Positions 26,284-36,128 of a DNA stretch of 64,000 bases are shown piece by piece (positions within the stretch are counted from its first letter, which is position 1; the number at the start of each line of letters is the position of its first letter). Where the stretch lies: the IMG/VR virus record IMGVR_UViG_3300041405_000166, positions 1-64,000 of that record; one strand, written 5' to 3'. Made by a program: the position numbers and the translations under genes. This DNA comes from a virus. The notes below the pieces were generated by a model. It worked only from the letters and a program-made list of their open reading frames with translations, was not told where the DNA came from and did not search any database.

Positions 26284-26927
26284 TGCACCTCAATCCTGAC
26301 GAGTTCAACGCGCACCTTAATGACCTGGGCCAGCTGTTCGGCTGGCGCCCATCATTCGTGTGTCCCTGCTCCGTCGCCGGGTATGGATCAGCTGATCCTG
26401 AATGCCCGAACTGCCTCGGCCGCGGTCATATCTGGGAAGCCGAGCAGCAAGGCATGTCGGGCATTGCCGGGATGAAGATCCAGCGCCAGTGGGCCGACTT
26501 CGGCGGTTTCCAGGCGGGCGACGTGGTGCTGACCATCCCGAGTGATTCGCCGCTGTACGATATCGGCGATTACGATCGGGCCACCATGCTGAACAGTTCC
26601 GAGCCGTTTTCCTTCGAGTTGACCCGTGGCGGCAATGACAAGCTGTGGTTTACCGTGGTGTCGATCCGGCGCGTGTTCTGGCTGGATGAAAACAAGGTGA
26701 TCGTTAACGGCGGCACTCCTGAAGTGGCCGAAGACGGTACGCTGACCTGGACCACGGGCGAGCCTCCGATCGGCGTCATGTACAGCATGACCGGGCGCCG
26801 GCTCCCGGAGTACTTCTGCTACCAGGATTTCCCCCAGGACCGCGCCCACCATTCCGGCGCACGTCTCCCGCGCAAAGTGGTGCTGCGTAAGTTTGACCTG
26901 TTGGGGCGGGTAGAGAACGGGGCCTAG
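26283..26927 (+). CDS. Putative neck/head-closure protein
   Basis: CPC..CPNC.GRG zinc motif; position in neck cluster. Confidence 0.55.
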   Translation: MHLNPDEFNAHLNDLGQLFGWRPSFVCPCSVAGYGSADPECPNCLGRGHIWEAEQQGMSGIAGMKIQRQWADFGGFQAGDVVLTIPSDSPLYDIGDYDRATMLNSSEPFSFELTRGGNDKLWFTVVSIRRVFWLDENKVIVNGGTPEVAEDGTLTWTTGEPPIGVMYSMTGRRLPEYFCYQDFPQDRAHHSGARLPRKVVLRKFDLLGRVENGA

Positions 26928-27772
26928 CCCCCGAAATCCAGTTTCACGGCTTCGCGGAACACTTCCTCTGCCAGTGGCGTCATGCGCTCGGCGACTTGCT
27001 TGGCCAAGAACAGGCCAGGCTTCGCCGGGATGATCCAGCCGCTTGAGCCTTCCATCATCACCCTGAACGTCATGTACGAGCTGCGGCTTTCGACGCCAGA
27101 ACTCGACTCCATGCGCACCATGCCCGCGTACTTGTTCTGTACGTCCTTGCCATGTTTGGCCAGGTCGCCAGACTTGAGTGCGCCTGCCCAGCGGTAATCG
27201 CGAGATGGCACGACGGAGCGGCCTTTGGTGTTCGGGTCCGAGGCAAACTGCGGTTGCTTGCGGGCGATCACCATGCCGGCCCCAGGGATCAGGTGCACGG
27301 TCTGCCCGGCCAGGCGCTCGCCTTTGCCGACAATCAGGGATTTGGCTAGGTCGCGGGCCTGCTGGTAAACACCGAAGGGCATGGCGCTCTTGCCATTGCC
27401 TGGTGTGTTGTGGCGAAACGGGATGATCAGAAAGCGTTTACCACTGGCGGTCCGGCGCACCTTGAGGCTCGTGTCGAGCATCTTCTTCAGGTCACGCTCG
27501 GCGCGTCCGGTTTCGATCGCCTCGGCGTTCTTGTAGGTGGCGACCACTTCAGCCGAGAACGCGCCTTTGTAGTCCCAGGTGATCGACCTGGCGTAGTCCT
27601 GGCGTTCCTTGGACCAGAGAGGGGCATTCATCACCGCTGACGTCCAGTCCCGGTGCGCCGCTGCGGCCACGGCGCCGACCGCTTCATGCAGGCGCGGGAA
27701 AATCTCCTTGCTGAGGTTCGGCGCAAGGTTCATCAGTTCGGACAAATCGACGTTAATGCTGAAGTAGGCCAT
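26924..27772 (-). CDS. Putative virion neck/tail-completion protein, inverted
   Basis: IETGRAERDLKK, FLIIPFRH, YMTFRVM, GWIIP motifs; has its own TCGTGAC promoter. Confidence 0.6.
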   Translation of the reverse strand: MAYFSINVDLSELMNLAPNLSKEIFPRLHEAVGAVAAAAHRDWTSAVMNAPLWSKERQDYARSITWDYKGAFSAEVVATYKNAEAIETGRAERDLKKMLDTSLKVRRTASGKRFLIIPFRHNTPGNGKSAMPFGVYQQARDLAKSLIVGKGERLAGQTVHLIPGAGMVIARKQPQFASDPNTKGRSVVPSRDYRWAGALKSGDLAKHGKDVQNKYAGMVRMESSSGVESRSSYMTFRVMMEGSSGWIIPAKPGLFLAKQVAERMTPLAEEVFREAVKLDFGG

Positions 27773-27778
27773 GGGTCT

Positions 27779-27813
27779 ATGTTCACGTCACGATCAGGTC
27801 GTGACCGCATCAT
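27779..27813. promoter_or_regulatory. Back-to-back divergent late promoters, both leaderless
   Basis: GTCACGA-tcagg-TCGTGAC. Minus: GAACAT then 6 nt to ATG 27772. Plus: CATCAT then 7 nt to ATG 27821. Confidence 0.7.
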
Positions 27814-27820
27814 CCTGCCC

Positions 27821-28648
27821 ATGATCTCATTCGCGCAATCCCTCGCCATTGGCAATGCTGTTCGCATTGTCCTCTCGCCACCAGCTGGTGCTACGCGTTG
27901 GCGCCTGCTGCGCAAAGCGACTGACACTTTCACCGGGCAGGATGATCCGGCGGCGCTGGTGGTGCTGGACAGCAAGCAGACCATCAGTGCAGTGGATCGC
28001 CAGTCGCTGACCAATACCAGTACCTATTTCTATCGCCTCTACTCCCTGACCGGTTCGACCTGGGCGCCTTCGGCGACGGTGCCGGTCACGGTGACTGCCG
28101 ATTACCAGGAAGTAACCGATGACGTCCTTACGATGGTGCTCGATCGCCTGAACCAGGGCCTGTTTGTCGAGCTCCAGCGCGGCAAGCTCAAACACCCGAA
28201 TAACCGTATTCCAGTGCTGTCCGCGTTCCCTTTCACGAAGGAAATTGCCTGGCCTGTCGTGACAGTACATTTGTCGTCGGATGGATCGGATGGTCGTGGC
28301 ATCGGTGAAACGCTGGCGCCAGATGAGTTTGATGGAGACGACTGGGAGGTCGGTGAAGGCTGGTTGTCCCGTGTACGCCTGGACATCATCGGCTGGTCGC
28401 AGAACGCGATCGAGCGTCAGTCACTGCGGCAAGCCATTCGCCGCGTGATCATCGCCAACCTTCCTGTCTTCGACAGCGCTGGGATGATCCAGATCGACCT
28501 GAGTCAGTCGGACACCGAAGAGCCGAACGGCGACAAGAACACCGTAATTTACAAAAGCGTGGGCAGTTTCTCCTGTGTTGCACCGGTGCAGATCGTCAGC
28601 AAGCAGGATGAAATCATCGACGTTGAATTGACTGTAACCATGCCGTAG
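27821..28648 (+). CDS. Putative tail terminator/structural protein with FN3-like N-terminus
   Basis: YFYRLY motif; just upstream of the sheath. Confidence 0.55.
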   Translation: MISFAQSLAIGNAVRIVLSPPAGATRWRLLRKATDTFTGQDDPAALVVLDSKQTISAVDRQSLTNTSTYFYRLYSLTGSTWAPSATVPVTVTADYQEVTDDVLTMVLDRLNQGLFVELQRGKLKHPNNRIPVLSAFPFTKEIAWPVVTVHLSSDGSDGRGIGETLAPDEFDGDDWEVGEGWLSRVRLDIIGWSQNAIERQSLRQAIRRVIIANLPVFDSAGMIQIDLSQSDTEEPNGDKNTVIYKSVGSFSCVAPVQIVSKQDEIIDVELTVTMP

Positions 28649-28678
28649 AGCGGCAAAACCCACCTAAAGGTGATCGCT

Positions 28679-28948
28679 ATGAGCAAGACCGAAGGAAAAG
28701 CCGCTCCGGCCCAACCCGCTGAAACAGCGGGCACTGGTGAGAGCGTAACTGCTGTGGCTCCGACCCAACCCAATGATGGCGACTTTCCGTTGACCCTCAC
28801 TGAGTTCTGCACGCAGCTGTCGAGCAAAGATAAACGCGTGGCCCTGATCGGTGGTTTTCATCACACCGAAACTGCGGCTGGCACCATCAAGGACACCGTA
28901 GCCGCGTTCACCACGCGCTATGAGGCCTTCATCAACCAACCTGCGTGA
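28679..28948 (+). CDS. Small hypothetical protein
   Basis: ATG after AAGGTG; precedes the sheath. Confidence 0.65.
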   Translation: MSKTEGKAAPAQPAETAGTGESVTAVAPTQPNDGDFPLTLTEFCTQLSSKDKRVALIGGFHHTETAAGTIKDTVAAFTTRYEAFINQPA

Positions 28949-28959
28949 GGGCCTGACAA

Positions 28960-30678
28960 ATGCCTGTTTTCTTTAATGGCCGGTTGTGGATCTCTCCGGC
29001 AACCATGAGTGTGGTGGATGATTCCGCCATGTTCAACCGCGGCCTATCGGTCGCCAACGTGCAAGCCATCATCGGTCGATCGGTGGCCGGTAAACCGAAT
29101 ACCGCTCTGCGGTTTGGCAGCCCATCCGAGGCCCGTGCCGCTCTTCAGGGTGGCGAAGGCTTGAAGGCCATCGAAAAGGCGTTTGATCCGTCGTCCCAGA
29201 CTGGTGCGGCATCGACGATCATTTTTGTTCGGGTCAACCCGGCTGTCCAAGCGACCTTGGACCTCAGCGACCTGACGCCGGTGACCGTGGTCAATCTCAA
29301 GTCGACCGACTATGGCCTGGTGGCAAACCAGGTGAAGTTCAAGATCGAGACGGCCACCAACCGCGGCATGAAGGTGTCGACTCAGCGCGGCGACGATTAC
29401 TACACTCAGGACGACGTTCACCGCGACGCCTTCCAAGTGCAGTACATCGGTGCGGCAGCTACTGGCGTCATGTCCATCACCGGAACCTCGGTGGTGTTGC
29501 AAGCGCCAACTGGCACTACCGTCGCGACCATCGACCTGAACACCTACAAATCGGTTCAGGAGCTTGTTGATCGCATCAATGCGGTTACCGGCTTCAGTGC
29601 TTCGGTGCTAGATGGCAACGCCAACAAGCCAGCGCTGAATGGTCTGGATTACATCAGTGTCCAGGACATCAAAACTGCGGCCTACACTGCCCGTGCCGAC
29701 CTCCAGGCCTTCGTTGATTACATCAACGGCACCGCTGAAGGGTTTGTCGATGCGGTCCGGGTAGCTGGTGTGGGTAGTCCGCCCGCGAACATCAACTGGA
29801 CCTACCTGTCCGGTGGTTCCGACGGTACCGTCACCAACCAGAACTGGTCGGATGCCTATGACGAAGTGCTGCAGGCTGAAGACGTGCAGTGGGTAACTCC
29901 GCTGAGCAGTGACCCAGCCATCCATGCGATGAACGACTCGCACTGCGCCTACATGTCGAACATCGCACGCATGGAGCGTCGCGGTACAGTCGGCACCGCT
30001 TTGGCCACCACGGATGATCTGGCGATTGCAGCGGCTAAGGCCCTGAATAGCGATCGCACCTCGCTGGTCCACCTCGGGTTCTACGATTACGACGACGCCG
30101 GCACGCTGACGCTGTTCGAACCGTACATCCTGGCAGCCCAGATTGCTGGTGCGTTCTGCGGCAGCAACCCTGGCACCGCCATGACCAACAAGGCGCTGAA
30201 GGTTCGCGGCCTGGAACGCAAGTTGCGCAACCCAACCGACACTGATCGCCTGATCACCGGCGGCGTGTTGTGCGTCGAGGATGTCCCGACCGGCTTCAAG
30301 GTTGTGCAGTCGATCAGCACCTGGTTGATCAACGACAACTACAACCGAGTCGAGCAATCGGTCGGTGTGGCGCTGGACTTCACCGCTCGCAACGTGCGTC
30401 AGGCGCTGGACGTGTTGCGCGGTGAGAAAGCCAACCCGATCACCATGGCTCGCGCCCGGACGATCGTGGAAAGCACGCTGCGCCAACTGGCCATGTCGGA
30501 GCCTCAAGGTCCGGGTGTGCTGGCCGGTGACGCCGAAAACCCGGCTTACAAAAACATCAAGGTGTCCATCGAGGGCGACGTCCTGCGCGTTGAGTTCCAG
30601 TGCAGCCCAGTCATTCCGGTGAACTACATTCCTGTCACCATCTTCGCGGTGCCGTTCAGCGGCAGCGCATCCGCGTAA
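28960..30678 (+). CDS. Tail sheath protein
   Basis: 572 aa; LSGGSDG and C-terminal SPVIPVNYI; followed by a tube-sized gene. Confidence 0.85.
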   Translation: MPVFFNGRLWISPATMSVVDDSAMFNRGLSVANVQAIIGRSVAGKPNTALRFGSPSEARAALQGGEGLKAIEKAFDPSSQTGAASTIIFVRVNPAVQATLDLSDLTPVTVVNLKSTDYGLVANQVKFKIETATNRGMKVSTQRGDDYYTQDDVHRDAFQVQYIGAAATGVMSITGTSVVLQAPTGTTVATIDLNTYKSVQELVDRINAVTGFSASVLDGNANKPALNGLDYISVQDIKTAAYTARADLQAFVDYINGTAEGFVDAVRVAGVGSPPANINWTYLSGGSDGTVTNQNWSDAYDEVLQAEDVQWVTPLSSDPAIHAMNDSHCAYMSNIARMERRGTVGTALATTDDLAIAAAKALNSDRTSLVHLGFYDYDDAGTLTLFEPYILAAQIAGAFCGSNPGTAMTNKALKVRGLERKLRNPTDTDRLITGGVLCVEDVPTGFKVVQSISTWLINDNYNRVEQSVGVALDFTARNVRQALDVLRGEKANPITMARARTIVESTLRQLAMSEPQGPGVLAGDAENPAYKNIKVSIEGDVLRVEFQCSPVIPVNYIPVTIFAVPFSGSASA

Positions 30679-30690
30679 GGGGCGTAGAAA

Positions 30691-31116
30691 ATGTCCAGAG
30701 AGAATCTACAAACGCGCACCGGTAACCGGATTGTCGTGCTGTTCGACGGCAAACAGGTTGGTCTGGTGCAGAGCGTGGGCATGAGTGATGACTATGCCCC
30801 TGAGCCAGCCAGCGGTATCGGTGACATCCATGTCGCCGAATACGTACCGACCATGGCCCGTCACTCGCTTAACGTGTCGGCCATGGTGTTGAACCGTGGT
30901 TCGCTGCGTGATGCGGGTATCAATGCCGAGAACGGTGACGATATGCTGCGCGGCCTGGTGTTCGACATCGTGGCATTGTCCAAGGATGACGGCACTCAGC
31001 TGCGTAAATACATCAGCTGCTCCTACGCTTCCGGTTCGATGGAAGTGTCGAAGCATGCGATCGTGATGGCCAACGCGACGTTCAACGCACTTGATGTAAC
31101 GGGTTCCGGCGGTTAA
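30691..31116 (+). CDS. Tail tube protein
   Basis: 141 aa directly after the sheath. Confidence 0.8.
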   Translation: MSRENLQTRTGNRIVVLFDGKQVGLVQSVGMSDDYAPEPASGIGDIHVAEYVPTMARHSLNVSAMVLNRGSLRDAGINAENGDDMLRGLVFDIVALSKDDGTQLRKYISCSYASGSMEVSKHAIVMANATFNALDVTGSGG

Positions 31117-31139
31117 TCGCTGGCCCGACTGATCTGACG

Positions 31140-31160
31140 CGGCCCTACGGGGCCGTTTTT
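31140..31160 (+). terminator. Rho-independent terminator
   Basis: CGGCCC-tacg-GGGCCG-TTTTT. Confidence 0.75.
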
Positions 31161-31162
31161 CC

Positions 31163-31585
31163 ATGAGTGATAAAAAGGATTACTCCATGCGTATCGAAAG
31201 CAGCAACGATTTCCCAGTAGCCGTCGAAGGTATCGGCACGTTCATGTTTGGCTATCGCAAGCTGGCCGATGAATTGCGGATCCAGGTCGAGTACGCCCGT
31301 ATTACCGAAGGAGTTCAGGCCACTGTTTGGCTGTTCAATCTGGCCACCTACCTGTCCGCGCTGCGGGTACTGATGGTCAAGGCGCCTAATGGCTGGGACC
31401 TTGAAGAGCTGGATCCGCTGGATGAAGACACCTTCATTCAAATCGAGCGAGTATTTACGGAGCTCCGCGCCAAGGAGGACTCTTTTCGTCCGAAACGCCG
31501 AAAAGCAGGCGAAGCGCCTGGCAAAGCAGATGTACCAGACGATGGGCTTTTGGTTCCGGAGAAAGTACAACCTGCCGCCGAATGA
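31163..31585 (+). CDS. Tail assembly chaperone (G-like); alternative start ATG 31187
   Basis: Between tube and tape measure; overlapped by a +1-frame ORF. Confidence 0.7.
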   Translation: MSDKKDYSMRIESSNDFPVAVEGIGTFMFGYRKLADELRIQVEYARITEGVQATVWLFNLATYLSALRVLMVKAPNGWDLEELDPLDEDTFIQIERVFTELRAKEDSFRPKRRKAGEAPGKADVPDDGLLVPEKVQPAAE

Positions 31586-31787
31586 TCCTCGTTACCTTGA
31601 GCTGACGGCCGATCAAATCATGGCCGAATATTGGGCGCATCAGTACGCGGAGAAAGGCATTCAGGACGAAGTCGAGGATGAAGATTTCGACATGGCTGCT
31701 GAAGTGGCGCGCATCAACGCTGAAGCTGAGGCTGAAGTGGCAAACATTCCGCCTGACCAATGGGAGCTTATAGACCTTGAGCAATGA
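31485..31787 (+). CDS. Tail assembly chaperone extension (T-like), probably reached by +1 frameshift
   Basis: FWFRRKYNLPPNDPRYL; entered at TCT TTT CGT C (31481-31490). Confidence 0.6.
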   Translation, partial: FVRNAEKQAKRLAKQMYQTMGFWFRRKYNLPPNDPRYLELTADQIMAEYWAHQYAEKGIQDEVEDEDFDMAAEVARINAEAEAEVANIPPDQWELIDLEQ

Positions 31788-34527
31788 CATTCGCATTGGC
31801 GTAAACGCCGACACCAGCAACACCACGTCTGGACTCTCGAGCGTCGAAACCGGTGCGAAAAAAGTCGTCGACAGGGTCAAGCAAATCGAGGAGGCGTCGA
31901 CCAAGGCCGGCGTCAGCCTCAAACGGCTTGAGGCGATCGCGGCAACCTTGTCCAAGGAAATGGGCCGGGCGATCAATCCCAAGCAGGCCGAAGAGTTCCT
32001 GCGTAACTTCGAAAAGATCCGCACGAATAGGAACATCAGTGGTGGGTCGAAGATCCGACAGTTCGGCAGCTTTGAGGACTGGCATGCGCAGAATCACACG
32101 CTGTTCCTGAATCGTCGCGATGCAGAAAACTACAAGCGGCGAGTGTTCAACTTTGCCGGTGGTGGTTTGCCCCTGGGCGCTGGTGCTGCACCGCCCCATT
32201 CCGCGAATCCGCATGTGGCGGCTAATACGCCTGGTTATGGTCGATCGCCTGCGTTTGGTGCTGCTGCCTCCTCAGGCATGAGCGGGTTGAAGATGGCTGC
32301 GGGTGCTGGCCTGGCCCTGGCCGGTATCACCAGCGTGATGGCGATGGCGGGGCGCGCGGTGGATCTGGCTCGCCAGGAGTCCACCAGCACGGACCAGTTG
32401 CTGCGCAGTGTCGGCGACTTGGATAAGACTTTCGATGATCTGCGCTCGCGGGTGCGCTCCTCGGGTGAGGGCCTTGGCGTCCTCTATACCGAGTCGGCGG
32501 CGCTGGCCAAGCAATACGCGAAAATCAACAATGGCGACGGCGGCGATATCGGCGGCAACGTCCGCACCGGCCTTGGGCTTGCGCGTGGTTATGGTCTTGA
32601 GCTCGGCGAGGGTGTTGGGTTCATGGCCCAGGCGCGGCACTTCGGCCAGGTGGGATCGGATGACAAGGACGGTCGCAAGTTCGCCTTGATGATCGCTGAG
32701 AGTATCGAGAAAGGCGGCAACACGGCCAAGGCCGGTGAAGTTCTGACGGCTGTCACCAACTTCAGCTCCCAGGTCGCCCGGTTAGCGCTGACGGCTCCGA
32801 ACGCGTCCGGGTTTGCCGGTGCGCTGGCTGGGCTTACATCGACGCATACGCCTGGCCTGGATCCGAACAACGCCGCTTCGATGCTGATGCAGGTGGATGG
32901 TGCGATTCGCCAGGGTGGCGGTATGGGTGAAGCCGGCTTGAACTTCACCTACGGCGCACTCTCCCGGGCAATGCCTGGGATTGATCCGATTATGGCCAAG
33001 GCGGTCATGGAGCAAGGTGCTTTCGGCTCCGGGATCTCGCCTCAGGTCGCCGAGTACGCCAAGCGCAACGGCATCAAAACACCGAACTTCAGCGGTCAGG
33101 ATAACCTGTCGTTGGTGATGGGTGAGATGGACAAGCAATACGGCAACAGCATGGCCAAGCTGGACGCGACCAAAAACTATTTTGGTTTGAACAGCCTGTC
33201 GCAAGCCGCGGCAATTTCCAACATGGACCGCAAAAAACTCGGCGGCCTGCAGGGTCTGATCGGCAACGACATCAGCAAGCTGAGCGCGTCGGGCATCCAG
33301 AACGTGGCGCGGATCGGTTCGGCTGACGATGGCGAACTAAAATCGATTGCCGCGAAGTTGCTGAAGGACGATCGCCTGACCGACACCGAGAAAGGTTCGA
33401 TCTCCAAGAACCTCGAAAGCGGCAACATGGACGACCTGCGCTCGACTATGGCCAAGGCTGTCGCCGTGCGCGAACAGGAAAAGAACATAGGCACCGAGAC
33501 GCGTGACGCTGTCGCCGAGCTCAACAACACGCTGACCAAGATTGGCGGCCAGATTCTACCGGTCATCAGCGGGATTCAGGAAGGTGTGGTGGCGATGGCG
33601 ATGGCGCTGTCGCCGACTTCTGATTACGCCAAAAAGATGAAATTGGAACAAGGCCTCGGCGTGTACCAGGCGCAGAAAGTCGACTTGGTGGCGGGGCATG
33701 GCCGGCAGATGGACCGGCTCGAGCAGAGTTTATCGGAGCGTGGGATTACTGGTCCGCGCCGTGAGCAGGCCATGAAAAACCTGAAGGACCTGCAGGCTGA
33801 AGAGCTCTACAAGTTCACGCGGGAAAACGGCGACTACGAAAAACTGATGCAGCAACAGTCAGCGTCTCCGGCCTCAGGTGGTGCAGCCTCTGACGCCAAT
33901 GGCGCGATCGATCTTGGTCCTCTGGATGAAAGTGCTTCGGCGGATGGTGGGGCGCAAGTCGGCAAGGTGAAGTTCACTGCTGACGAACTGAAGACCTTGG
34001 AAAAGGCCGCTGGTGGTGATCCGCGCAAACTGAGCATGATGAAGCGTCTACTGGCCATCGAAAACCGCGGCTTCGGCAAGCTGAACTATTCAGCGAACAG
34101 TCCTAAAGGGGCGGCCGGTCCGTTCCAGATCATGCCGGATACTGGCGCGGCCTACGGGGTGAAGGATCCGAACAACCTGGAGGACGCGGCGGGTGGTATG
34201 TCGAAGTTTATCGACGATCTCGGCAAGCAGTACAACTGGAACGAACAAGCCATGATGGCCCACTACAACGGCGGCACCAAAGCCGGTAAAGCAGTGGCGG
34301 ACGGTGGTCCAGCGCCTTACGCGGAAACACGGGATTACCTGGCCACCGCCGATGGCTTGACCGGGAATGTTCCCGCGGGTGGTTCTGCTGGTGGTGCCGA
34401 ACCAGTGCGCGTTGAGCTGAGCTTAAATGGTACGCTGCACGGCAATGGTGGTCAGGACAAGGTCGGTGATATCGAACCTCAACAGACCACCTTCTCCTTA
34501 CCGATGGCTGCCGGGGCGCGAAGATGA
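31777..34527 (+). CDS. Tape measure protein with C-terminal lytic transglycosylase (SLT) domain
   Basis: Long A/G-rich helical protein; SLT motifs AIEN, SPKGAAGPFQIMP, AHYNGG, ETRDY. TTG start. Confidence 0.85.
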   Translation: MSNDIRIGVNADTSNTTSGLSSVETGAKKVVDRVKQIEEASTKAGVSLKRLEAIAATLSKEMGRAINPKQAEEFLRNFEKIRTNRNISGGSKIRQFGSFEDWHAQNHTLFLNRRDAENYKRRVFNFAGGGLPLGAGAAPPHSANPHVAANTPGYGRSPAFGAAASSGMSGLKMAAGAGLALAGITSVMAMAGRAVDLARQESTSTDQLLRSVGDLDKTFDDLRSRVRSSGEGLGVLYTESAALAKQYAKINNGDGGDIGGNVRTGLGLARGYGLELGEGVGFMAQARHFGQVGSDDKDGRKFALMIAESIEKGGNTAKAGEVLTAVTNFSSQVARLALTAPNASGFAGALAGLTSTHTPGLDPNNAASMLMQVDGAIRQGGGMGEAGLNFTYGALSRAMPGIDPIMAKAVMEQGAFGSGISPQVAEYAKRNGIKTPNFSGQDNLSLVMGEMDKQYGNSMAKLDATKNYFGLNSLSQAAAISNMDRKKLGGLQGLIGNDISKLSASGIQNVARIGSADDGELKSIAAKLLKDDRLTDTEKGSISKNLESGNMDDLRSTMAKAVAVREQEKNIGTETRDAVAELNNTLTKIGGQILPVISGIQEGVVAMAMALSPTSDYAKKMKLEQGLGVYQAQKVDLVAGHGRQMDRLEQSLSERGITGPRREQAMKNLKDLQAEELYKFTRENGDYEKLMQQQSASPASGGAASDANGAIDLGPLDESASADGGAQVGKVKFTADELKTLEKAAGGDPRKLSMMKRLLAIENRGFGKLNYSANSPKGAAGPFQIMPDTGAAYGVKDPNNLEDAAGGMSKFIDDLGKQYNWNEQAMMAHYNGGTKAGKAVADGGPAPYAETRDYLATADGLTGNVPAGGSAGGAEPVRVELSLNGTLHGNGGQDKVGDIEPQQTTFSLPMAAGARR

Positions 34528-36128
34528 AAAATACCAGGACACCAATTCCGGTTCACGAACCACAAATCAGCGTGCTGCTGCTGAAGAACGTGGCGCGTGA
34601 TTATGTCGCCGGTGGTGACGGGCTTGGCACTGAGGCGCCGGCTTCTGGTCGTTTCCAGGGCGTACAGAACCGAATCGATCTGACGCCATACCTGGGCGAA
34701 GGTGGTGGTGTCCGGACGGCCAAGGGTGTCCGTGAGCCGGCGGGAAGCTTCACGGTGACGCTGGCGGACAAGATGTTCAATGGCGACAGCGCGCAGATGG
34801 AATCGTTGTACGGGCTCATTGAACCGATGGATGTCATTGAGATCCGTATGGCCCATGCGCCGACGAGCCCTGGAGTGGTCGTTGAATACCAGGGTCTGGC
34901 GGAACAGTTGCCAATCATCATGCGCGGCTTCGTCACGTCACCGCGCCGGGTCGAAAGCATAGATCCTAGTGGACGGCCTCAGCGCTCGATCACTATCACG
35001 GGGATGGATTACGGCAAGCTGTGGCAGATTATTCAGATTCGCTACCTGGCCAACTACGTGTTGGGTCAGGAGCTGCTGACCACGCTGAAGTTTGCGCAGA
35101 ACTACGGGGTCAACTCGAACGTCGATTTCACGCCCAATCAGTTCATTTATGAGGTGGTGCAGAGCGTGTTGAATTCGTTCACCACGAACATGCGCACCAA
35201 CTCGGGCATGGGCTTCGACGAGATGGGCGACAGCAATAGCCCGGTGCGTGACATCGAGGTTTTCGACCTGACGGTGCCGGATGCGCGCGTGTCGGCCTTC
35301 GGGGCGAACAGCTTCTCTGGCGGCACGCTGTACCAGATGCTCTGCCACTATGGCGACGTGGGTCCGTGGAACGAGTTGTACATGGAAGACCGTGAGGATG
35401 GCGTGGCGATCGTCTACCGCCCCAACCCGTTTTTCACGCCAGGCAATGACCTGGTGAATCCGCCGGCGGATCCCTACGAGCCGCCGGATGGCGAAGGCTT
35501 CGTGCAGGGCCTGGGCATCGTCACCATCGAGATCACCGATATCGACGTGATCAGTCTGAACACCGGGCGATCGGACGCGAATCTGGCCAACTACTACTGG
35601 GTGGATAACCCGTCGTTCTCGCTGATCCAGGGCGAGACGCTGCGCCTGCAAGCAGCTGGGCTCAACCCTGAAACCTATTTCATCGAAAACTACCGCAACA
35701 GTGCCCCCTGGCTGTATGGCTTGCGCATGATGCAGGTGCAGACCAATCAGGGTGGCCGCTTCGACTCGCAGAAAGAGCAGGAGCTGCTGGCCGGAAAAGG
35801 CGCATTGCAGTCCTGGTTAGATGAGCGCCGGGCGATCCTGGTGGCCAACAACCGGGACAACGTCGTGTTCGAGAACGGCCAGATGGTGCTCAAGGGTAAC
35901 GAGCAGATCAAGGCCGGCATGTACCTGCGCCTGTGGCGGGGCAACATGTACGCTGATTACTACCTGACCCGGGTCGAGCATTCGTTTATGCCGTTCCGAT
36001 CATTCATCACCACGGTGACGTTCGAGCGCGGTACCGGGTTCATCGAGCGGGCCAAACGTGGCAATGGGTTGCAGTCGCCGTATCTGGCGGAACTGAATGG
36101 TGACGGTGTCTACAGGAGCGTCGAATGA
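34524..36128 (+). CDS. Baseplate hub protein
   Basis: 534 aa after the tape measure; ITGMDYGK and YYLTRVEHSF..TT motifs. Confidence 0.65.
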   Translation: MKNTRTPIPVHEPQISVLLLKNVARDYVAGGDGLGTEAPASGRFQGVQNRIDLTPYLGEGGGVRTAKGVREPAGSFTVTLADKMFNGDSAQMESLYGLIEPMDVIEIRMAHAPTSPGVVVEYQGLAEQLPIIMRGFVTSPRRVESIDPSGRPQRSITITGMDYGKLWQIIQIRYLANYVLGQELLTTLKFAQNYGVNSNVDFTPNQFIYEVVQSVLNSFTTNMRTNSGMGFDEMGDSNSPVRDIEVFDLTVPDARVSAFGANSFSGGTLYQMLCHYGDVGPWNELYMEDREDGVAIVYRPNPFFTPGNDLVNPPADPYEPPDGEGFVQGLGIVTIEITDIDVISLNTGRSDANLANYYWVDNPSFSLIQGETLRLQAAGLNPETYFIENYRNSAPWLYGLRMMQVQTNQGGRFDSQKEQELLAGKGALQSWLDERRAILVANNRDNVVFENGQMVLKGNEQIKAGMYLRLWRGNMYADYYLTRVEHSFMPFRSFITTVTFERGTGFIERAKRGNGLQSPYLAELNGDGVYRSVE

